From Mobula hypostoma (lineage: Eukaryota), in assembly GCF_963921235.1 (NCBI RefSeq), contig NC_086097.1, positions 36,210,001 to 36,274,000 on the forward strand: a DNA stretch of 64,000 nt, read 5' to 3'. Position 1 is the stretch's first letter; every line of letters begins with the position of its first letter. Below the pieces are notes generated by a model. It saw nothing but the letters and a program-made list of their open reading frames with translations, made no database searches and was not told where the DNA came from. The translations under genes were made by a program, and so were the position numbers. Below, piece by piece: positions 50,577 through 63,300 of the stretch.

Positions 50577-50704
50577 TAAAAGATAGTAGAGAACTTCATG
50601 TCTCGCCAGATGGCAGAGAACTCCTCATAGCGCACACTTCCAGTTTGCTGAAAGTGCAGAAGCAACCTCTCATAATCAGTTTTCAAACCAGCTGTTAATG
50701 ACAT
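50577..50704 (-). CDS. SNAPC1: SNAPC1 first coding exon (MSLTAGLKTDYERLLLHFQQTGSVRYEEFSAIWRDMKFSTIF, 128 nt)
   Basis: Matches the recalled GLQTDCEALLSRFQETDSVRFEDF..W.NMKFGTIF. ACCATG context. The phase-2 donor gtaaga fits exon 2. An upstream acceptor (cctcag) sits at 50741. Confidence 0.93.
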
Positions 50705-51279
50705 GGTTCCCTCTTCTGCAGCTCTTCAGTCTGAGACACCCTGAGGACAAGATTAAAATGAAATACATTTTAGGATAAGGAGATTGCATCAACAATGTGT
50801 GCACATGCACCTAACTCTCTTTTAAAATAACATCAAGAGATGTTTGGCTCAGTAAGCTTATCCAACAAGTTTCTGGACCATGTAGATCAGAAAAGTTCAG
50901 TCACAAACTCCAGGCTAACTCGGGCAACTGTGAATGGGGAAAGAAAATGATACAGGAAACATTCAATAGGAAAAGCAGGGCATTCATTGCCGGCTTGTGC
51001 TGTAGTAGCCCTAGTTTAGAGAACAAAATAACCCAACTGGAAACGACTGCTAGAAAACTGAATACGTCAGCTGGAGTGACATTAAAAGGTCTGAAATTGG
51101 AATGAATTAACCAGATGCAGAATGCATCCACATGTATTTGCACTTATCAAAATAGAATAACTCAGTTCTTCACAATATATCAAACCCAATTCAAAATATA
51201 GGGATATTCCACTGGTTACCAAAATATTAAAGGTGTACGTGATTCTGCTATTTGTGGATGTGTGCGCAGCCCACTGCTC

Positions 51280-52125
51280 TACTATCTCTACCCTCAGGAC
51301 TGTGTGGCTGGGCACAGCTCAAATGCCATCTATAAATTTGCCAATGGCAAAACTGTTGGCAGAATCTCAGATGGTGACAAAGAGGCATACAGGAGTGATT
51401 AGATCAGCTGATTGAACGGGGTCGAAGCAACAACCTCAGACCAAGAAACAGATTATGGACTTCGGGAAGGCAAAGTTGGGAGAAAACACACACAATCCTC
51501 ATCGAGGGGTCACCAGTGGAGGGTGAGCAGCTTCAAGTTCCTGGATGTTAACATCTCAAAGGATCTGTCCTGGACCCAACATACTGATGCATTCATGAAG
51601 AAGGCATGCCAGTGGCTATACTTCATTCGGATTTTTTGGAGATTTGGTACGTCACCAAAGACTAGCAAGTTTCCAAACATACTGAGGGGAGCATTCTGAT
51701 TGGCTGCATCATCACCTGGTATTGTCTCTGATGCACGGGATTGTGAAAAGCTGCAGAGGGTTGCAGCCGGCTCCATCATGGGCACTAGCCTTGCACCATT
51801 GAGTACACCTGCAAAACACTGCGCCTCGAGAAGGCAGCATCCATCATTAAGGACCCTCACCATCCAGGACATGCCTTCTCATTACTACCATCAGGGAGGA
51901 GGTATGGGGCCTGAAGACACTCTTAACATTTTAGAAACAGCTACTTCCCCTGCACCATCAGATTTCCGAACGGTCCATGAACCCATGAACACTACCTCAC
52001 TGTTTGGCTTTCCTTTTTGCTTCATTTAGTTTTATATTTCTTACTGTAACCTACAGTTTTGCTGCCACAAAGCAACAAATTTCACAGCATACATAAATCA
52101 GTGATAATAATCCCGATTCTGACAT
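51280..52125 (+). mobile_element. Degenerate Rex1-like 3' fragment
   Basis: VSSFKFLDVNISKDLSWTQH..KKACQWLYF. Confidence 0.65.
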
Positions 52126-52489
52126 TCAACATATTCTCTGACCTTTCTCTGCAGGGTTAAGTAACAAGATTTTAGTTTAAATCAAAATACTACTCTTTTT
52201 AAATTTGAAAACTAAAAGGAATGCATCTACTAGCTGCCAGCAAACAATAGGTTAGAGAATGAAAGGGCATTTAAACAGTGATGCTACTGTAAAATACCAA
52301 AAGCAACACACCAGCTCATATCTTAGGTAGATTGCCAATATACAAATAAAAGTGGACCCCTCACCCACTAGCCACTCTTAGGACTACAAATGGCAGAAAT
52401 AGCTTTCCCAGCAATACATAACAATGTGCTACCACACTGCAATATTAGCCATTTTTCCAAACAAAACAACAATAAACACCCTGCATTTA

Positions 52490-52980
52490 GAGGGCCGGCG
52501 TTGCAAATCCATCTTCAATATCTCGGTTCTGAGAAAGAGATCAGATACGAGTGGAACGTGTCGATCATGTCGACGGGTACTGGCACGTCTGTGCTGGAAG
52601 ATCACTTCTCCACTGGTGAGGTAGTCATATAAACCACCACAGTGCAGCAACACGCCTGCCCGGGGATCTGGGCACAGTGCAAAGATAACGCAGCCACATT
52701 TACCTTTAAGGGACACTCTTACGCGGAATTCCGACAGGAACCGATTTAGGCTAACGCTGCGTGTAGTTTGCAGGTACGTCTCAGCAGCACTGAGTTTTCC
52801 GAGCAAGGACGAGCTCAGACTCCAGGCAGCCGCCAAACCCCCGCCTGCCCCGGGGCCGAACCTCCTAGCGACGGCCGAATCAGCCGGGACCCAAACTACG
52901 GTGTCGCGAACGGACCAAAGCAGTGGAAGCGCCGCCTACGGGCGACAGAGAACGTGCAGAGCAAAAAGTACGATCGTTTC
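52490..52980 (-). promoter_or_regulatory. SNAPC1: CpG-rich SNAPC1 promoter and probable non-coding exon 1 (donor at 52703)
   Basis: High CpG density, GC box CCCCGCC near 52840, and a minus-strand AAG|GTAAAT donor that could pair with the acceptor at 50741. Confidence 0.6.
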
Positions 52981-53019
52981 TCAAAACAGCTCTATTAAAC
53001 GTGGACTTAAGCTGTGTAC

Positions 53020-53440
53020 ATACATCTATTGATGCTTCTGGACACATCTTCAGTGATGTTCCTGGAATCATTGGGTGTTTCGGGTTTTTCAACATCATAC
53101 AACCTCCTCCAGGTGACCCAGCCGGGGCTGATCAGACCCCAGCTTGTGTCCAGATGGCTAGCTACTTATGACTCCATGGCTCCCCTCTTTTGAGCCACAG
53201 CCATCTTGAGGCCCTCTCTGCCGCATCGGTGGTACTGCGGATGGCTCTCCTCTTCCTCTCTCCCTCGATGCCCAAAATGCTGAAGGCTCTAACTAAAGAA
53301 CGGGCTACGAATCCCCTACAACCAACCTCCACTGGGAGACACCTCGCTCACCATCCAGCCTGCTGACAGTTGCTGACCAGTCCTGCGTACTTGCAGAGCT
53401 TCCTTTCAAAGGCCTCCTCCAAGCTATCTTCCCATGGGAA
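53020..53440 (-). mobile_element. Hero-like (R2 group, REL endonuclease) non-LTR 3' fragment
   Basis: Minus strand PWEDSLEEAFERKLCKYAGLVSNCQQAGW*ARCLPVEVGCRGF..AERASRWLWLKR. Confidence 0.75.
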
Positions 53441-53470
53441 GCTGAAATGTTTCTTCCAGCGTCGATGAGG

Positions 53471-53550
53471 CAGGAGTTCTCAACCTGGGGTTCACGGTCC
53501 CCTCAGTTAATGGTAGAGGTCCATGGTATAAAACGGGGTGGGAACCCCTG
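53471..53550. mobile_element. About 80-bp hAT-type MITE
   Basis: CAGGAGTTCTCAACC...GGGTGGGAACCCCTG inverted ends. A degenerate relative lies near 35518-35590. Confidence 0.6.
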
Positions 53551-53769
53551 CACTAAAAGAAACCAAGGAAAGTAAAGAATAAGGAGACTCAGAAGACTGC
53601 TGATGCTGGAATCTGGGATGACAAACCAGCAGCTGGAAGAACACAGCATGTCGTGCAGTATCTGTGGGGGGAAAGAATTTGTTTCTTCCCACAGATGCTA
53701 GTGATTCACAGAGCTCCTCCAGCAGAAAAATTGTTGCAGGCATAGGCGAACAATACAGGAAGAAGAGCA

Positions 53770-53932
53770 AACAGGAATTCTGCAGATGCTGGAAATTCAA
53801 GCAACATACATCAAAGTTGCTGGTGAACGCAGCAGGCCAGGCAGCATCTATAGGAAGAGGCGCAGTCGACGTTTCAGGCCGAGACCCTTCGTCAGGACTA
53901 ACTGAAGGAAGAGTGAGTAAGGGATTTGAAAG
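53770..53932 (-). mobile_element. PLE terminus, young copy
   Basis: Nearly identical to 1930-2010 plus 1660-1755. Confidence 0.75.
53864..53899 (-). ncRNA. Minimal type I hammerhead ribozyme motif, intact
   Basis: Identical to the motif at 1688-1723. Confidence 0.75.
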
Positions 53933-55084
53933 GAAGAAGAGCAAGTGATTGTAACAGATTGACCCCTCCGCTGTGCTTTGTCATACAATAAGATGACGTC
54001 CAATCTTCGGCTTTGAGATTTTTCTGTCCGGCCTCTAGAACAGTTGATTCACTTGTAGTCTCAAAATCTATCTCAAAGTTCAAAGTAACTTTGAACTTTT
54101 AGATTTACTTTGAACTTTATATGGCACCATCAGAGGAAATATCCTCCAGAAATTACTCTTTATATGTCTACATAACAAACAAGAGAAAATCTGCAGCTGC
54201 TGGAAATATATCACCTTTCCTTACAGAGAACAGAGGACCAACTTGTTCAATGTGTCCTCTTAACCCAAGAATCAGCCTCCTGAATCCACATCAACTTGTA
54301 TATACACCCATCTATATCCGACCTTGTATTCAGGACAGCCCCTAGGGGACCACAGCCATGAGAATAACTTGTGAAGAAGACACCCAGAACAGGTGGACCC
54401 CATGACAACCTGCTGCCTCGACCTATGAATAACTACTTTGGCTGGCTTAGGATCAGTGCAAGGCACATGGGCATACATTCTGCCATGTCCTCTAATTCAC
54501 TGACCGACAGACATAAGAAAGGCTCTCAAACTAAATTAGTGACAAATCAAAATCTCAATTCAATCAATGGAAAACCAGGTAATTCTCTTCAAGGAGAATG
54601 AAAGCAGCACCAGTTTGGTTAAGAGTGCTAAACTAAACTTAAATACTAATAAGGAAAGCTCAGTAAAACAAAATTCAAATTAAAATCAAAATAATTGCAA
54701 ATACTTTTCTCAGGGCAGGAGAGACTAGAACTAGATGGTAAATTCTTAAAATGAGAAGGCAGAAATTTGAAGATTTGAGGTCAAGGTGTTGACACCTGGA
54801 ATGAACTGGCAAAGTACACTGTGGAAGCAGATCGCGTTACAATATATAAAATATAGGTACTGAGATAGGACCTATCTCATTGAGGGTACAGACAAATGGG
54901 AATAGCATAGATGGACATCACAGTCAACACAGAAAAGGTGAATTGAAAGAGCACATTTCTGTGCTGTATGGTTCTATAGTAATATCCAAAATAATCAACT
55001 TTAGGATTCTGTATTCCCCAGGAACTGTTAAACCATAAAGCCAAAATAATAAGGACTAAAAGCTACACGACAGGGAACTGAAAT

Positions 55085-55395
55085 GCTTCAGTAACAACCT
55101 GCTGAAGGAACTCAGTGGGTCGAGTAGCATCTATAGGCGGAAAGGAATCATCAGTATGTCAGGCCAAAATCCCTGCATCAGGACCAAGAATGACGACAGG
55201 AAGGAGCCAGCATGAAGAGGAGGTGACAGGCGCAGGAGATGGTTGGTGGATCGAGCAGGAGGGAGGCGAATGATAATGGACAATTGGGGAAGGGTGGAGA
55301 GTGGAGGCAGGTGGATGACAGATGGAGGCAGACAAAGGAAAAAATGGATGGGAGCAGCTTGGGGAAGGAAAAATGAAGGTGGAGACAGGTACATT
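55085..55395 (-). mobile_element. Older PLE terminus
   Basis: ctgctgaaggaactcagtgggtcgagtagcatct.. with a decayed hammerhead motif and purine-rich tract. Confidence 0.55.
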
Positions 55396-55538
55396 TACTT
55401 CCAGACCCTCTAAAATATTTCTGTCAATCAATAACAAAACAATTGAAGAGGAGTTAATGTAATTGCTGGAATGACCTTTCCCACACTAGAGAACAATAAG
55501 CAAGCACCATACAAACTACTGTATATGGTAACCTAGAT

Positions 55539-56192
55539 CAGAGGTCCCCAACCTTTTTTGCACTGTGGACCGGTTTACGATTGACAATATTCTTGCGGAC
55601 CAGCCGACCAGGGGCGACGGGGGGTGGGGGGAGGGTAGGGCTGCCAACGGACAAGAGTAGCAGTCAAATACGTTGAGCTTACCCCGAGAAAGACTACAAT
55701 GACCATGAAGCCCTGGGCTTGTTTCCCTGCAACAACACGGTCCTATCGAGGGGTGATGGGAGACAGCGATACTCAAAGGGGATTCCTTATGTCCAGTCTA
55801 TTCCGCAATTTAGTTTAAGTTGCATTCATTGCAGAAAAGCCTGCTTCGCAGAGATGTGTTGGAAATGGAAGCAACATTTTCAGTGCTTTCATGGCTATCT
55901 CAGGATATTTAGTCTTGACTTTGATCCAGAATGCCAGCAGAGATGTTATGTCAAACATACTTTCCAGTCCGTCGTCATTTGCAAGCTCGAGAAGTTGATC
56001 TTCTTCCCGCGCTGACATGGATGACGCGCGGATAATGACCTCGCGTGCGTTCAAGCTCAACAGTGCACGTGACAAGGAATGAGGAAAGGTGCAGCTGACT
56101 CATATCGCCAAATCATGTCGTTTCCACACAGCCCGGTAGCACGTGCTTTGCGGCCCGGTACCAGTCCGCGGCCCAGTGGTTGGGGACCGCTG
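55539..56192 (-). mobile_element. Internally deleted hAT (Charlie-type) DNA transposon
   Basis: TIRs CAG(A/C)GGTCCCCAACC and an 8-bp TSD ACCTAGAT (55531-55538, 56193-56200). hAT C-terminal dimerisation remnant FWIKVKTKYPEIA..LLPFPT.LCEAGFS. Confidence 0.92.
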
Positions 56193-56664
56193 ACCTAGAT
56201 ACACCAAGTGGAACATCTTGGTTTAAAACGTTATATGCTTCAATGTGCAACAATAGGGTAAATTTAGAGGTTAGGTCAACAAGATTTTAAACTGGTACCA
56301 TATACATAAATTCTCATTTCCGAGCATGACAAAGACTTAAAAATCAATACCCAGGATTAGATTTTTTGAGGAGTTTTAGGTTCTATAACATAGGAGGAAA
56401 ATTAAAGGGACAGAGGGAGTCAAACTAAATGAAAACCAACAGAATACTGAAAAGAAAATAAATTTGACAAGTCAGTGCTGGACCAGTGAAGATTAAAAGT
56501 TGATTTGATAGGCATAATTAAAATTCAGAAAAAGAGGTTAAAGTGGTCCTGATGAAGGGTCTCGGTCCAAAACATTGACTGTACTCTTTTCCATGGATGT
56601 GACCTGCGGAGTTCCCCCAGCTTTATGTGGATATTGCTTAAAATGGTCTTGACAGAATCAAGAA

Positions 56665-58095
56665 TGTCCCCAGATGCTTCAAACCCTCCACAATCAACCC
56701 TGTAGCAAAGAAATCAGTTGTAGCCTGTCTGAATGATAACCGTCCCATTGCCCTGACCCCATAGTGATGAAATGTTTTGAACGGCTTGTCAAGCCTCATA
56801 TCACAGCCAGCCTCCCCTCATCGCTGGATCCTCTACAGTTTGCTTATCGTCCAAATCGCTCTACGGAGGACGCAATATCCACCACACTGCACACAGTTCT
56901 CTCTCACTTGGATAACAAGGACACTTATGCCAGAATCCTGTACATTGATTTCAGTTCAGCGTTCAATACCATCATCCCGCAAAGACTAGTAGAGAAACTG
57001 TCACTGCTTGGCCTTAACACTGCCACGTGTCGCTGGATTCTGGATTTCTTGACAGAGAGACCACAGTCAGTCCGTGTTGGCAGGAACATCTCTGACTCCA
57101 TCACACTGAGCACTGGATCCCCACAAGGCTGTGTGCTTGGCCCATTGCTGTTTACACTGCTAACACATGACTGTGCAGCCAGATTCAAGGAGAACCTGAT
57201 TATTAAATTTGCTGATGATACCACAGTGGTGGGGCTCATCAGCAAAAATGATGAAATAATGTACAGGGAGGAGGTCAATCACCTAGAGAGCTGGTGCAGT
57301 GATAACAACTTGATGCTTAATGTCACCAAAGCCAAGGAGATGATCGTCGATTTCAGATGGCCTCAGCCTGAGCACACACCCCTCAGCATCAGCAGCTCCA
57401 CAGTGGAGAGAGTGGAAATCACCAAGTTCCTTGGGGTGCAGATCTTGGACAATCTCACCTGGTCCAAGAACACCACTGGGATTGTGAAACGAGCCCAGCA
57501 GAGATTGCACTTTCTGAGGAAGCTTAAACAAGCATCACTCCCCACTAACATCTTAACTATATTCTATAGAGGCGTGGTTGAGAGTGTGCTGACCTTTTGC
57601 ATCACAACCTGGTACTCCAGCTGCAGTGCTGTCGACAAAAAAGCCTTGCAGAGGGCAGTTAAGGGAGCAGAGAAGGTTATTGGGGTCTCCCTACCTTCTG
57701 TCCAAGACCTCTTTCAGAGTCGATGCCTCCAGAAGACACGGTATATCATTAAAGACCCCTCACACCCTCTCCATGAACTGTTTGTTCTTCTGCCATCAGG
57801 CAAACATTACAGGAGCATCAAAACTAAAACCACAAGGCTACTAAACAGCTTCCTCCCACAGGCAGTCAGACTGCTAAATAGCTGCTCTACCTGACTCTGC
57901 TTTGCACTGGACACTTATAACTTGATTTTAACCGACATGTGGCTGTTGTGTTTTACTATTTATTGTTATGTTTATCATTTAGTGTTGCGTTTGTTATGTT
58001 ATGATTGCACTGCTCCTGGGAAACGCTGTCTCATTCTGCCCTGCAGAGCTGATGTACGGTTAGAATGATAATAAAGTTTTTTGAATCTTGAATCT
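56665..58095 (+). mobile_element. 5'-truncated young Rex1/Babar LINE with open RT
   Basis: ORF 56764-57894 carries [36 protein letters not shown] and KFADD. Ends with AATAAA and a (TTGAATC)n tail. Confidence 0.93.
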
Positions 58096-59674
58096 CGAAG
58101 AGATACTTTTATACAGGGTGAAACTCGGGCAGATAATCATGAAGGACAGAAAGTGGAAGCCAAGTCAATAATTCTTCACAAGACTTCATTCCAAACAGTG
58201 TAGACCCCAGACAAACTACAAACCATATTGAGAAAAACAAAAGAGTTCCCCAGCTGTTAAATAATTCCTAGCCAAAATTAAAACTAATTGTTTCAAATCA
58301 TACTGCTACATTGAACAAATTTCCCTTATCTTAGAAAACATTAAAGGTTTTAAAAACATTCTTCGAAAACGAAGATAGCAATAACTGTTTATACAGTGCC
58401 TTTAATTCTGCAAGACACTTCACAGAAACACACTCAAACAAAAAAGTTAAAGTTGTGCACGTAGCATATTAGGACAAAATTCCAAAACCTTGCTCAGATT
58501 CCTATAAAGGACTTGAGACCAAGTAGAGTAGTGACATTAAATCCATTTCATAGAATGTACATTTGACAAAATGTGCAAGAGTTCTGCTTCTCAACATCAC
58601 AATTTCAAAGCAGTAACACCGAAATAAATTATAAATTTATTTGGTCAATTTTTCTCTCTCAAAAGTAAGCAATAATATTGTTCAGGCAATTAAATTAAGG
58701 ATCCTATAATGAGATACATTCATATCACAAATTAGAATTTGTCCGGCGGATGTTCATTCTTCATTATTACAAGTTTTGCCTCTGGAATGTTCAGCTAATG
58801 GAAAATGTAGATTATAAACTTAAACTCTGCATACTAACTTTCTTTTAAAACTCTATCCAAAATTTACACCTCTAGAGTTAGATCTTCTACAGAAGTTATA
58901 AGAATATCAACAATGTCCAAGAACAATAAGAGCCTGTCAGACTTCTGAAAAACCAGGATCTTGTGGGGCAACATTACATCTTTGAGTCAGTTACTTACAA
59001 ACTCATCCCTTACAAATATGGAAATTGTTTTGGATGTGACATTAACAACAAATACATTATAGTGACCTTCTCTTCCCATTGGTAGTCCAATTACTGTACA
59101 TAACAAGTAGCAGGAATACTCAGCCAGTATTCTGGGAATTCTGAAATAGCATCAGGTCTCAGGCATATTGCAGAAAGACATTACAAATTATCATACTTTT
59201 GAAAATCAGGGAGATGAGAGCAGCTAAAATTCCTTTTAGTCATCACCATCCAGTGATTCATATTGAGGAGAGTATGACAGTTGTCAGGAACAGTATCTGT
59301 GAAACAATATAGTTCTTTCAGAAAAAGAAAACCCTTTCCAGGAATAGGAACAAGAAGCAAATTTAACATTATTTTCAAAAACAAGCTTCACTTGCGTGGG
59401 ACCTTTATTATTAACTATTTCTAAAAGTGGGCAAGGGATTATTGCATTATGTGTTATTAGACTTGTAACCCAAAGGCTTAGGTCAAGGTTTTCAAAGCAG
59501 GAGCTCAAATCCTGGAGGAAAGCTGAAAAATTCAAATTCAATTACTTAAAAACCTCTGGCATTAAAAACTTTACTAATTAATTATAATCATGAAACTACT
59601 AGCTTACTGTAGAAGATATTTGGCTCCAAAATGATATGGGTGAGGAAAGAACTCTTCCATGATTACCTACACCA

Positions 59675-62600
59675 TAGAGCCACAGCAAAGTACAGCACAG
59701 AAACAGGCCCTTTGGCCCATCTAGTCCATGCCAAACTACTTAAACCTGCCTACTCCCATCAACCTGCATTGAGGACCATTGCACCCCGTATCCCTGGAAT
59801 CCATGTAGCTAAGCAAACTTCTCTTAAACTTTGAAATTGAGTTTACATGCATCACTTGCACTGGCAGTTCAATCCACACCTATGCGATCCTCTGAGTGAA
59901 GAAGTTTCTCCTGATGGTTCCCTTAAACTTTTCACCTCTCACCCTTATCCCTTAACCCACCCTTATCTCATTGTAGACCCGACCAACCTCAGAGGAAAAA
60001 GCCTGCTTGTATTTACCCTATTAATAACCATCATGATTTGGTATACCTCTACCAGATCTCCCCACAATATTCTACATTCTAGGGAATACAGTCTTAACTT
60101 ATTCAATCTTTCCTTATAACTCAGGTTCTCCAGCTCTGGCAACACCCTTGTAAATTTTCTGTGTACTCTTTCAACCTTATTTACATCTTTCCTGTAGGTT
60201 AGTGACTAAAACTACAAATTATGTCTGACCAACATTTTATACAACTTCAACATAACATCCCATCTCCTGTACTCAAAACGTTGATTTATGAAGGTCAATG
60301 TGCCAAAAACCTTCTTTATAACCCAGTCTACCTGTGACACCACTTTCAATAAATTATGGACCTGTATTCCCAGATCCTTCTGTTCTACCACACTCTCTAA
60401 TGCCATAGCATACACTGTGTAAGACCTACCCTGGTTGGTTCTGCTGAAGGGCAAACCTTGCACTTATCTGCATTAAATTCCATCTGCCAATTTTTCAGCC
60501 CATTTTTCCAGCTGGTCCAGATCCCTGTACAGTCTCTAATAGTCTTCTTTGCTGCCCACTACACCCCCAATCTTTGTGTCATCAGCAAATTTGCTGATCC
60601 AGTTAACCACATTATCATCCAGATCCTTGATACAGTATAGATGAGAAACAACTCTGCACTGAGCACTGATCCCTGTGGCACTCCACTAGTCACAGGCCTC
60701 CAGTAAGAAAGACAACCATCTACCACCACTTCCTGGCTACAGTCCACATCTATCCAAATATTCATACATCTGGTCCCTTAGAATACCTTCCAATAACTTT
60801 CCCACCACGTATGTCAGACTCACAGGTCCATAATTTCCTGGTTTATTTTTAGAGCCTTTCTTAAACAGCAGAACAACACTAGCTATTCTGCTATCCTCTG
60901 GTACCTCACCTGTTGCCAAGGATGACTTAAATATCCCGGCTAGGGCCCCTGCAATTTCTTCACTTGCCTCCCGCAGGGTCAAAGGGAATACTTTGTCAGG
61001 CCCTGGGGAATTATCCACCCTAATCTGCCTGAAGACTGCAAATACCACCTCCTCTACAATCTGTATATGGTCTGTGACCTCACTTCCATAGACTCTATGT
61101 CCGACTCCTGCGTAAATATAGATGGAAAAAAATCCAGTTAAAATCTCCCATATCTCTTTTGACTCCACATTCTGTTCTTCCAGAGGACTAATTTAGTTCC
61201 TAACAATCCTTTTGCTCTTAGAATATCTGTAAAAACCCTTAGGATTCTCCTTCACCCTGTCTGCTAGAGCAACCTCATGCCTTCTTTTAACCCTCCTGAT
61301 TTTTTTCTTAAGTGTTCTCGTGCATTTCTTATACTCCATAAGCACCTCATTTGTTCCTACCTGCCTAGACCTGCAATGCATGTCATTTTTTTTTTCTTAA
61401 CCAGGGCCTCAATATCTCTTGAACACTAAGGTTCCCTAAACCTGTAATCTTTACCTTTTATTCTGACAGGCACATATAAATTTTGTAATCTCAAAATTTC
61501 TCTTTTGAAGACCTTCCACTTACCAAGTACACCTTTGGCAGAAAACAGCCTATCCCAATCCACAATTGCCAGATCCTTTCTGTTACCATTAAAACTGGCT
61601 TTTCTTCAATTCAGAATCTCAAACTGCAAACCAGACCTATTTTTTTCCCTATTTACTTTGAAACTGATGGCATTAAGGTCACTGGATGCAAAGTGTTCCC
61701 CTATGCAAACTTCTGTCACTTGCCCTGACTCATTTCCTAACAGCAGATCAAGTTGGGACTTCTACATACTGATTAAAGAAACTTTCCTCAACATGTTTAA
61801 CAACTCTACCTCATCTAGTTCCTTTACAGTATGGGAATCCAGCCAATATGTGGAAAGTTAAAATGACCCACTATAACAACCTTACGTTTTTCGCAGCAGT
61901 CTGTGATCTCTGTACAAATTTGTTCCTCTAAATCCCACAGACTGTTGGGTGGTCTATAATACAGGCCCATTAATGTGGTCATACCTTTCTTATTCCTCAG
62001 TTCCACCGAAAGGTTCTGGACTGATATTCTCCAGTCTGTGCTGTCTGAGTATTGCTGTGACATTTTCCCTGAATAGTAATGCCACTCCCCTCCTTTATTC
62101 GCTCTCATCTGTCACATCTAAATCAATGGAACCCCAGAATATTATGCTGCCAGTCCTGTCTTTTCTGCAACTGTCTCATTATTCATTACAATATCATAAT
62201 TCCCGGTGTTGACCATGCCCTGAGCTCATCTGCCTTTCCTGCAATATTTTTTGCATTGAAGTATACACAGCGCAGGACATTAGTCACACCATGCTCAACC
62301 TTCTGATTCCTGGCTTCGTCTGAGGTCTTAACAGCATCATCTCCACAACTTCTCCATTGTGTATTCTGGTAGTCGGGCCCCCACACCCACCCATACCCCC
62401 ACCGCACGGCTGTGCAGCACTAGCAAACCTTCATGCTAGAATATTAGTCCCCCGCCAGTTGAGGGGCAAACCATCTCTTCTGCACAGGTCCCACCTTCCC
62501 TGGAAGAGAGCCCATGATCTAAAAATCTAAAACCCTCTCTCCTGCACCATCTCCTTAGCCATGTGTTAAAACTGTATGATCTTCTTATTTCTGGCCTCAC

Positions 62601-63300
62601 TAGCACGTGGCACAGGTAGCAATCTTGAGATCACAACCATAGAGGTCCTGCCCTTTAACTTAGCACCTAACTCCCTGAACGCCCTTTGCAGAACCTCACC
62701 ACTCTTCTTTCCTTTATCACGGTACATGGACCATGACCTCTGGCTGTTAACCCTCCCACTTAAGAATGCTGAGGACTCCATCTGGGAAGTCCTGGACCTT
62801 GGCACCCAGGAAGCAACAATATGTACCATCCGGGAATCGCATTCTCATCCACAGAACCCCAACTAATGAATCCCCAATCACCACAGCTACCCTTTTCTCC
62901 CCACTTCCCTTCGGAATCATAGAGCCAGACTCATGCCAAAGAGCTGACCACTGTAACTTTCCTCTGCTAGGTCATCCCCCCTTCAACAGTATCCAAAGAA
63001 CTGTTAAGGGGGATGAACCCAGAGGTACTCTGCACAAACTGTTCAACCTCTTTCCCCTTCCTGTCACCCATTCTCATGTCCTGCATCGAGGGTGCAACTA
63101 CCTCTCTATATCTCCTATCACTCACTCAGTCTCCCGAACGATCTGGAGTTCATCCAGTTCCAGCTCCAATTTCTTAACGTGGAGTGTTAGAAGCTGTAGC
63201 TGGATGCGTTTCTCCAGGTGTGGTCGTCAGGGACACTGGAGGCCTCCCTGTCCTCCACATCCCACAACAGGCGCATTCAACCAGCCTGCCTTACATCCCT
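59675..63300 (-). mobile_element. Degenerate long CR1 LINE (ORF1 + ORF2 remnants)
   Basis: LRCVYFNAKNI, YYRPPNS, GVPQGSVL and RLYSLECR..GDL motifs, plus ORF1 FRELGAKLKGRTSMVVISRLLPVPRA. Many lesions. Confidence 0.88.

Noticed and set aside
50602..50615. CTCF-like TCGCCAGATGGCAG
   Set aside because: Lies in SNAPC1 coding sequence and is explained by codon constraints.
58100..59650. AT-rich stretch, possible HIF1A 3' UTR
   Set aside because: No recognisable HIF1A coding or UTR similarity.
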